Assembly: GCA_976226885.1 (NCBI GenBank)
Contig: OZ320315.1
Location: 41,044,001 to 41,108,000, forward strand
Length of the DNA stretch: 64,000 nucleotides
Origin: Iphione sp. A-MEVVRFRX5
Lineage: Eukaryota
Reading direction: 5' to 3'
Part shown: positions 54,099-64,000 of the stretch, piece by piece
How the letters are laid out: the number at the start of each line of letters is the position of its first letter
Numbering within the stretch: the first letter of the stretch is position 1
The notes under the pieces: generated by a model
Told to the model about the DNA's origin: nothing
What the model saw: the letters and a program-made list of their open reading frames with translations, nothing else
The model's database searches: none
Program-made: the position numbers and the translations under genes

Positions 54099-55979
54099 TT
54101 CTCTGTTTCTCTCTCTATATATGCATATATATTTATCTACATAATATATAGATATAACAGAGAGACAGGATACGCATTCCTTTATATATACCTGGGATGT
54201 GTCTGTTTGGACCGTATTGATGTATGGACCTATTAATCATACAGATGAGCTGTGAGAGCATCGACCCAAACAGTGGTAGAATATGTTAACGCTCAGGTGG
54301 GTTTCCTAATTAGAACGGCCTCAAAGGAGGGCCTGTAGCTTTACCAACCACATACACAGGCACCAAGGACTGCTACTTGTTATTTTGAACATTACTGCAC
54401 GAATAACATGCCCCCACATTAACTAGGTCATAATTATTTGTTTCCTATATTATCATTATCCTTTTTTTCTGTGGCCAACCATGACTATCCATAAATGCAG
54501 TTACATTGGCGGTTCTGTAGTCGACTCCGCGCCTCTACAATCTGAATATGCACGCATGTCATTGGTGCCGCCAGTCGCATTTACGTTTCGTCCGTGCACT
54601 CAGCCGACCCGGCTCCTCGGCCGCTCTGGTCGTGATGTTTCTTGACAGCAACAACTGACTGCTAGAGCCACTAATAACGTTGACAGACGGTGTAGATAAT
54701 TGGTGTGATGGCTGTCAACCCGTCTGCAGCGGGCACGCGCCTCGCTGACCGCTGCAATGCTCGGGTTAGCGGGGCTGCCACACACCTGGCTGTAAGCTGG
54801 CACATAGGGGGTGGGAGGGGGAGGTTTTGCAGGGGAGGTGCGGGGGGAGGGGGTGATAGTAGGGCGGCTCATCACTAACAAGCGGTCGACGTTTGCCGTT
54901 AATGATATGGCATGCCGTTCATTATGGTGCCAGTCCTGGTTGGACATGGCCACAGAAAGCGACAGTGCTGCCCGCCTGCGGCAACAACAGCAGCAGCAGC
55001 AGCAACAGCAGATGCTAACAGTCAGACAGAGCACTGGTATTGATGGGGGACCGAAGTTTATTGATGGTAGAAGTGTAAGTAATGGTGGGCTGGAACCAGT
55101 CTAACACAGCCTGAATGGGCGCATACAATAGGGGTACGCCAAGCATATATGTAAAGCAGCATCAAGATGACGCTAGAGATAGCATGTACCAGCCAGAATA
55201 CAAGGGTGAGCCTTGGCAGTAGGCCAGGGTAAACATTTTTCTTAGAGGGAGTGATTTATGAAACATTTTTACCCAGCAACGTCAGTTTTTATTCCCGTCT
55301 CCGAATAAGAGCATCCACCCTTCTTGGATTGTATCATTACTCCTCCCCACCGTTTCCCTGAATCGTAGACTTCTCTTGATTAGATAAGCTGTAGTAGAAA
55401 TTACCAGAACCCTGACCCTGGCAATTACTGAGAAAAAGGGCTAGCTGAAGGACGAAGGACTTGTCCTGTTTCAAAGAAAATTGCTGACAGTACGCATCGA
55501 TTTTGTTGTCCTGCTGCCTCTTGATGCAACAAAAGTCCCCAGCTGAGTACTCGATGCACCCTTGGCCAGTGGCAAACAGCTGGTGGTGTTTTTGGTGGAC
55601 TTCAGCAGATGCAGGGAGAAATGATCTTTTATAGTTGAAGAGGCAGGGCACAGACGAACTTATGATATTGTAAATAAACGTACGTGTGTATTTGATTTAG
55701 GATATTTCACGTTCCCATAAAACATACTTATACAGATAGGCACACTAGATTTACTTTCATACTTTTACGCTCACATTTGTACATATCAGATATGCATGAA
55801 CAATGTGAATCAGTCTAGAAGTGTGTGGGGTCGGTAGATGTTTTTTTTTTACCACGGATTTTGAGTTGGACAAGTTTATTTCCGATTAAGTCCCATTGCA
55901 AGCCACCAATGGGGAAGTCCTGTGGGGCACAGTCGGAAGCAAGGATCCTGGTGGCTGGACGTTTCTCTAGTGGGGCAGA

Positions 55980-56600
55980 CTGGAGGCAATACCCCCTGAA
56001 CCAATACACGTACATGCAGTTGAAAGCAGCAGCAGCAGTAGCAACACAGGCTACCACCTGCGCCTCGTGCAGCAGCATTGGGTCTGCTGCCAGTGCTAAG
56101 CAGCAGCTGCACCATCAGCTACAGCTGCAGGCCGCCAAAGAACCGCCGCCGCTGCCGCTGCCGTCGGTCAGACATTAGAGCAGCCGGCGACCGGCAGGCG
56201 GCGTGGCAGTGGCGTTATTGGAGAAGCCAGCAGCAGACGGCGACCAGCTCCCCGAGCAGGTAGTCGAGCGAGCAACTCCGAGCGACTTGACCATATAGTA
56301 GTCGTGGGAGGCGCCCCTGGGTGCATCCTTTACCTGCTGCGCCCCTCCTCCAGGGCCAGACGGCCATTCGGCTCGTGGTCGCCGGTCGCCGCAGTGCTAG
56401 CCGCATTTCAGGACGGAGTACGTGTCAGTGTAAGGAGGGGGGAGGAGACGACCAGCCATGGACCGTGTTTGGCGACTCAACCATGCCGTCTGTGCGCGCA
56501 TCTCCAGCCTCTACCGCAAGCTGCACGGTTCGGCCTTCCGCGGAGTCACACAGTGCCTCAGGTAGGACCTAACGGTGCTGGGCAGGGGCTGGGGGGGGAG
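55980..56600. promoter_or_regulatory. CpG/CAG-rich island inside the long ena intron, probable internal promoter/5' UTR
   Basis: GC- and CpG-rich patch with GCA/CAG and CCG runs ending at a Kozak ATG and a phase-2 donor. Confidence 0.4.
56458..56561 (+). CDS. Candidate internal alternative first exon (MDRVWRLNHAVCARISSLYRKLHGSAFRGVTQCL-R/S)
   Basis: ccagccATGG context, in-frame stop just upstream (TAA 56430-56432), 104 nt, phase-2 donor CAG|GTAGGA, at the 3' end of a CpG/CAG-rich island. Same phase as the preceding ena exon. Assignment to ena is inferred. Confidence 0.4.
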
Positions 56601-59600
56601 GGGGCTCCAAGTGAGGTCATGGGGGTCAAGCTCATTCAACTGCAGTTAGTCAACCCTCAAAGGAATGGGACCTTCAGGATCGTGCCTTGCGGTGCGCTGT
56701 CATTAGCGTTGGTAGCTCAGAGAGACCTTCTTCAGTTGACTATACATGTACATTGCATTTGTGTTTGTTGGTGCAGCAATGTCCATGGTCGTAGCTATCA
56801 ATATTAATGATGAAAGAAGTGATTTACAGATCTTAAATATCCAAACATGCTGTGCTGTACCTCATGTAGTTTGTATATATACATTTGTGTATTTGTCTAC
56901 ATAGTCTATGTGGAGAGATGTACTTCCATGTAAAGCGCTTAGAATGTACTGTTTAGGGCGCGGGACTTTTATTATTCTGGATGCTATGTCTGCCTAGGTC
57001 TTTGTCTATCGATCTTGGCCTAGGATTGTTTTTATTTTACAAAATTTCCCTGGCAATCTATTCCCCATTGAAATCGTCTAATTGCCCTTAATCAAACTTT
57101 TATTCAAACCGCACCTCTGCATAGACGGATTCCCCTCCCTCAATTTTATAAACCATTACTATCCTTAGTGAAGGATGCAGCTGCACCTACTTTATAGCAG
57201 CCCAAGATGCTGCTGGATGGGAAGAAGTGTTCTAATTACCACACATTGTCCGCCTTGCGGCAGCTTCTGATCGAATCTGGTTGTCGAGCTATTCTTCATT
57301 GCATGCCACAAAAACCTGTTCATATTGGGCAGCCTCTGAATATTGCACTGCCGGCCAGCACCTCTCAAATTTCAATTGAAAGCTATTGTCTCGCAGATTG
57401 ATTTGCCATTTTTCATCTTGGAGTGCTCGCAGTGCGAGGATGAAGTACAGCATTATTGCGCTGTACATTATACTCTTTACTGTAGAATTGAGCGTAGGCC
57501 TTTGACGGTTTATAAACGAAAAGAACATCCATTCAGTGTTATACTCCTGTCAAACTTCACCGACATTTTTTTTCGGAGTGGTGGATGGATTGCATTGATT
57601 GAGAGACACCAATATGTTTGCGCAGAAATTCAGATTTAGTTTTGTCACTGCCCTTCTCTCCAGTTGGGTCTGATATTTTCGTCATATGAACTGTGTGTAT
57701 GTATATTCTTGTTAGTGGACCCGCCTCGTCCAATTATTTCAATTTTGAGCCAACATAACTTTAATTTTCTCGTATTGCTGTGGGGTACAATCCTGCTCCA
57801 CCAGCCTTTTCTTCTTTCCACTTCTATCTATGCATAATCCGGCCTAGGCCCGTTATCTTTTCTCCACTCACGTCTGCCTGTCGCCTGCTTCCTCCAGACT
57901 GTGATAACCCATGCTGGGTTTTTGCCTCTCCTGCCCGCCCTCCTATCTCTACAACCCACCATGCACACGTTATCCTCTAATCAACCCATCCAGCTTATTT
58001 TTATGCCACAATTTCCAGTCAGTATTGGCCCATGATTTATACTGCTCATAGCCTCTGCCAAACGTATCCATAGGTTGTAAACGAAGTCCAACCGTCTCCC
58101 CTTCCCCCACCCTCTACGAGCTTCCTCCCTACACTCCGTCTTCTTCACTGTTTCTGTCCACACAAGTCACCGTTTCGTCTGAGGTCACAGTCCCTCTGTA
58201 GCTGATTGGGTACGTGCCATTTCGTTAGTGTAGGCGCACACTATGTATAGATCTACATGTAGAGAGGTTTGTATGCGCGCGTTGGCCTACCGTTGAATGG
58301 AATTTTGATTGCTACCCCCCACCCCCACCCCACCCCACTCAAGACGACCACCTTGAATATTGATGTCCGAGCGCAATGTTGTGCCTGCGCCCTTCGATCT
58401 TAACAGCAACAAGAACAACAACCCCCTCCCCCTTCTACTCGGCCCCTCCTCCTTTCCTCTACCTCCATCACCACCGCCAGTCCTGCGAGCCTCACCGTAA
58501 TGGCCCTTGTATTCACCCTGAAAGCTCCCACCTTTAGGAGACAGAGGGCGTAATAGCCGTTGTGGGCAGCTAATGGGTTGTTGTCTGGTACCTGACGCTG
58601 ACAAGTTTAAGGCGGGCATGTAGGCCAGATACAGGTTGACCGGGATTGAGCCAAAGGTGGGCATGGCGGATTGGGTATCTTCCTCTTCGTTGCTAACCAT
58701 CTGCACCTGTCCTCTGTGAGCTTGTTTGTCACACACTTTCTCCCTTCTCCAACGGTTAGTAGGCACGGCCTGATAGAAACGGGTCAAAATGCTACGCAAA
58801 GAATTACCTTTTATTGTCCATAAGCATATTGTTTTAAGTAACTTTCAGATACGATTTCAAAAGAATGAAATAATTTCATGGGTGGACCATTCGAGGAGCT
58901 TTAAATACGAGATATTTACGATATCTAGGTATATGTTCAGTGACGATTTTTTTTTAATTCGCCATCATTGACGGAGAAGGAACGTCGTGACATTAAAGGG
59001 CGGCCATCTTTAATGATCACGTGCGCAGTCACTGCACACAGAGAGACACAGCTGGGGAGAACAAGATCCTGACGGCTTAGTTCACCGGCTGTTCGTCGGG
59101 GGCGCCACGATAGTTCTATCTGTGGTGAGATTTGATGGATGAAGTTGTGTGGACCTGCCCTACTGTCACCCCACCCATTACTCCTGCCCCGTGCTACTGT
59201 CTAGCTCAGTATCCTACCATTCAAAGAAGCCCAGGCGCAGGGCAGTTTCTCCCTTTCTTACTTGTCACCTCGGNNNNNNNNNNNNNNNNNNNNNNNNNNN
59301 NNNNNNNNNNNNNNNNNNNNNNNNNNNNNNNNNNNNNNNNNNNNNNNNNNNNNNNNNNNNNNNNNNNNNNNNNNNNNNNNNNNNNNNNNNNNNNNNNNNN
59401 NNNNNNNNNNNNNNNNNNNNNNNNNNNGATACGCATGCACACCACCATCTTACCGCCACCATGCAGGATGTATGATTCATGACACTGGAGCACGAGCTAA
59501 CGTTTACTTGGAAACAAGAACACAAGGAAGACTGACAGCCAGAGAAGTCAGTGACATGTATGCTGCTGCGTATAATAGCTACTTCTGTATTTATGAACCG

Positions 59601-62600
59601 TGATGTATGTGATGTTGCACTTTTAATTCTGCAAACGCCCTGTCCCGAGAAAATGTTCTTAATAAATGGGAAGATGTCTCCAAACCACTTTACAGTTGAC
59701 AACTTTCCCCAGGAAAGTATTGTGGCTCTCAAGAAACTTAGTGTGCGTCAAAGGGGCAAATTAGTGTGTGTGGTCGCGTGTGTGTCTATGTGTTTTGGGG
59801 ATGATTAATAGTGCCTGGTACAATGCTAGCTGTAAGAATGATGTGTGAGGGCGAGAGGATTGGAGTAGCCAGGCCCTAGAATAGACCTGTCTGCCTGGGC
59901 TTTACCAGTCAGTAGAGGTCTGTTCTGATCTGGATCCCATCAGCGCAGTGACCTTTAAAGGGCCTCGTCCCTACCCACCGTTGACGCCCCGAGTGCTCCA
60001 GTATCCACCCGAATCACATTCCGCCCGCTGTGACAGGCTCGTGGTCACTGGTGGAAAGGACTCGTTGGGTCCGTCCGGTCTCTTGGCTACGGATTAGGAG
60101 GTCAGGGACGCTCAGCTTCCAGTGTGTACTGAAAGGGAATGAATATTGCCAATCCACTCAGTAAACTGCTCCTTGGTTCTAGGGTGACAGAACTACTGTG
60201 AGAAAGTGTACTTTTTATTTGGTTTAACGTGGATCAGTGAACAGTTGTATCATCCTCAGTACGTTCGGCCTACTGTGGAATTTCGTTATTTTGATTTACC
60301 TCCAAATGACTTTGGTTGGTGTTATATTAATGTTTTGGATTTCTTTTTATATCTACTATTTCCGATATGTAGATTTAGTGTGCTGATGGTCATTCATCTA
60401 GTGAATACGTTGTGATGTCCGTGTGAGAGTTATCACAAACAAAGACCAAAGTCCAACTTTGCCAATGCCATTCTGGATACAGACCAAATCTGAAGGCCTG
60501 CTTCGGTTTTTCATGAGATGATTGTGTCGCCCACGGGTAGGCTGGACATGCGTCTCACACTCCAACCCATACCAGCAACAAGTACTGAGTGAAAAATAAT
60601 GGTTGGGTAGATGCCGCTAAGGGCCGTGGTGGCCATCACTAAACACGTGACTGCTCGTCAACGTCACTAATCGCGCGAGCTTCAGCGAGATCCGGAGTCC
60701 GCTTGCGGTTCAGATCATGGTCATAAACAAAAATTACATATTTGCAAGTCTTCCTTGTGGGCTTCTGTTTTGTTTTTTTTTTCAGACGGAAAGGTTTCAT
60801 TACGTTTTTGTTTCGCCGTGTCGCCAAGAACAACATTAACATTCCGTACGATGCCCGCACCGCCATCTGGTGACTCAGCCAAGTGGCTATGACGCGGAGG
60901 TCAGATGTGTCTGTGTGACGGGGGTAGGGGTTGGGTGGGCGGGGGGTGCGAGGAGGGTGGTGTCGGAGTAGGTGGGCAAGCGGGTTAGAGAGAGAGAACT
61001 GTGCCTTTGTCAGCTTTCATATATGTCGTGCCTTGAGTCGGGACACCAGTCGGGAGAGACACAGGACGTCCTGACTGATTGACTCACGAGTAGCTCAAAA
61101 ATAGTTCATGTGACGATGAGGAGAGAATGATTTAACAGCCATCCCTTCATCGTCAGTTCCGTCCTCAACAGACCGTGATCTTTAAAAAACAGGATACTTT
61201 CAGAATGCACAGGAGAGGGCGCTCGTAGGAGTGGTTGAGCAGGGCGCGATGATAGTGGTTCACACGGAGAGAGAGACCTTCATGTGATGCATTAGGATAG
61301 CGACCGTCTGTGTGTGTACACCTTCCTATAAACATCACAGTCGAGGAGGCTATAGTCGGCCACTGTCGAGGAGGCAAGCTCAACAGAAAGGAAATAACAG
61401 GAGACCTCCAGTTCTGCCTACCGATTGGCAGGCGTAGATAAGAGCAAAAAAGAGATTGAAGTTATAAGAAAAAAAAAAGGCTGGAAGAATTACTCTTTGC
61501 AATAACCAAAGGGATCTGCATTCCCTTGGGTTGCAGGAAAGCTCCTGGGGAGTAAGGATTTCATACAGCGGTGAATCCTGCGGACTTGGTGCGTTGATCC
61601 AGTTGTGGAAGGGTCGGATCCAGTCTGGACGTTCATAGAGTTCCACAAGGCAGCTCAGCGGATACATTTGGACGCCACGGGCGTACACTTATTATACTCA
61701 CGTAGGAGCACGGATAAAAACCTTGGCCGATCTGTGGCCCAACATAAAAAAGAGTCCTCTCTCTACCATTTCGCACTGCTCCGGTGGACGTCCAGCCACC
61801 CAGCCTGCCACGGCAGACAGACAGTCAAACAGGGAGTCGCTCCGTCAGCTGCTCACTCGCGCAGCCATACTCACCCATAATGTCGTTTGTTGCAACACAG
61901 AGACTCATGCTGTACGTATATATATTATTTTTTATTCCAGTTCTCTTGTGGCCAAAGATAATTTATCTCAGTGTTAGATACTGGTCCCAAGAGAGGTAAG
62001 GGACAGTACCGAATAGGAAGCATTGGTAATTCTTATGTGAAATGCAATATTTCTTTAGGTTTATCTAGATCGCATGTTCTCATGGGACCAATTCAGAAAA
62101 CCAGTTTGCGTCATAGCATGAAAGATGTGCTCCATAAGTAAATCTGGTCGAGTCTGAAATACGTGTACATCCAATGCATAGTTCTTTAAGGGGATGAAAC
62201 AGACCACTTAAATGTGTTTTCTGGTTTTGTGTGTGTGTGTGTATGTGTGTGTGTTCATATACATTGTATTGTCCTCTGGACTGCCTGTTAGCTTTTCCCT
62301 GTTGTGTTTAATGTAGCTTTAAGATAAGAGCTGCTGATATGGCTGGCTGTTTGCAGAGTGTTTCATAATGGAACAAACTGGTAATATGGAGCCCACTCCA
62401 GCCGGCAGTGGACTCCGCAGGTTGAAAGACAAGCCCTGTTATCTAAATGCATTATTAAGTGGCCACGGCCTCCACCCTCCTTGCGCCGGCCGCCCCTACC
62501 CCAGCACTGGCTATAGGTTTAGGTTACAGCATCAATAACTTACGCAGAAAATCATATGACAGTGGTGCTAATACTGCGTTACCCGGCGACAAGTGATACC

Positions 62601-63789
62601 GCGTTCCCGTTGAGTACATGTATAGCATGGCCGATGTTCTGTGTTGAAATACCTATCTCTGAACCTGCGCATGTGCGTACATGTGCACGTATATCCTTTT
62701 TTTGACAACTGAAAACCATATATATACATATCTCAGTGACGTTTAATGCTGAACCACTCTTTACGAGGATGTAACTTGAAAATACAAGAGATCCACCTTA
62801 TGAATACCCGTAGCACCTTTCCGTTGCCCTGCTTAAATGCATCTGCTTGTTCACACAAGGGTACTTCAAGCAAGCACCCGTGCCTACCTCTCCAATATTT
62901 ATTTGGCCGATTTTTGTCTTATTAAGCATACTCTGTAGAAGGTCTCAGCAGTAAGGCAGCATTGTTGGCTGCGCCGCCCTTGTAGCCCGAGCACAGGAAG
63001 TCTTCAAGGAAATCACTCTGAATGGGCTCTTGGCTTTATGTGAGCACGGCCATAGGGGACAGTTTAGTGGAATAACGAAAGAACTGGGAGCTGAAGAGGC
63101 ATGGGCCAGAATAGTTGGGCGGTGGTGCAGCAAAGGCTGCAGAAAGAAAGGCGTGTCACCATAAGCGCCCTCGGCCACTGATCCTAGCTCGGCTGTGGGC
63201 GGCAATTAAGGAATTTAGTCGTCGTATGGCGGCGTTCATTGCGACGCTTCGACCGCTCGTGCGCACTGGAGATTGGAGAGAAAAGGGTGGCTTTCAGACC
63301 TTACGGGGGTGGGTGGGGGGAAGTCTTATAGAAAAGAAAATTGGTCAGTTACCCTAAGATTGAGCTTTTCAGCGGTGTAAGAACTGATCGGATGCGGGTA
63401 AGTGAAGTGCGTAGCTCTTCAGAACAACTTGGTTTGATATATAGCCCGTGGCTAATAATTTATCCTCATCCATCGAGAAGTTTGCAGATACATTACCAAC
63501 GAATGAAACCTTACTCTTGCCTTTGTACTCTTAGAACGAAAAATAACGGGGTAGTAGGAAGTGAAGTCTATACATGTGCATCTATCATCATTCTTACGCA
63601 CGTCATGTTTAGCAGTATTTATACAGGACGGCCGTATATGATATGCATATCCATTATTCATAATTGATCAAAACACTTTGCTGTAGTGTCACCTGCCAGT
63701 ATGCCGTACTGTCGCCAAGGGCTTGACCGCCTCTGATAAAACCGAGGGGAGCTGGCGACAAAACTGCAGCATCTTGTCACACCAGACAT

Positions 63790-64000
63790 ATTGCTTACAT
63801 GGCCGACGGCTGCATCAAACGGCCGCTTGGTGGCGTTGCGTGCCCGTCGGCGGCCAATTGCGCATGCGTGCTGCCACCCAAGAAAGGTAGCTTTGCCCTT
63901 TTAACAGGCGACCACCCAGGTGGTAGCAGCAGCAGCAGCAGCAGCCACCACCTCTGCCACCTCTACTTCTACTCTTACTGCCTAGTTATCCTGCGAGTGC
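63790..64000. promoter_or_regulatory. Promoter-like CpG patch
   Basis: CCAAT at 63854-63858 abutting NRF1-like TGCGCATGCG at 63859-63868, followed by a (CAG)n run. Confidence 0.35.

Overview
Repeat-rich, gap-containing (11 N runs) eukaryotic DNA from an invertebrate animal. The strong TACATGTA enrichment is reminiscent of amphioxus-like genomes; this is inference only. Most of the window is the intron-rich 5' part of an Ena/VASP-family gene (ena) on the + strand. Two EVH1 exons (37212-37377, 40768-40933) and a Pro/Gln-rich exon (43532-43718) are clear. No EVH2 or C-terminal exon is recognisable, so the gene probably continues past the window. Several CpG/CAG-rich islands end in short ATG-started exons with phase-2 donors. 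Some lie upstream of EVH1 (alternative N-termini, one carrying an Abl-type IYASP motif) and some downstream (possible EVH1-less isoforms). The intron between the EVH1 exons holds a decayed, internally deleted RTE-clade LINE (minus strand). A short element with a Penelope-type minimal hammerhead ribozyme is nested in it. A second hammerhead core with an intact catalytic core lies at 39546-39577 and a decayed relative at about 15.3 kb; all three are antisense to ena. Nearly all ORFs in the supplied track are spurious (microsatellites, N gaps, GC-rich UTR-like DNA).
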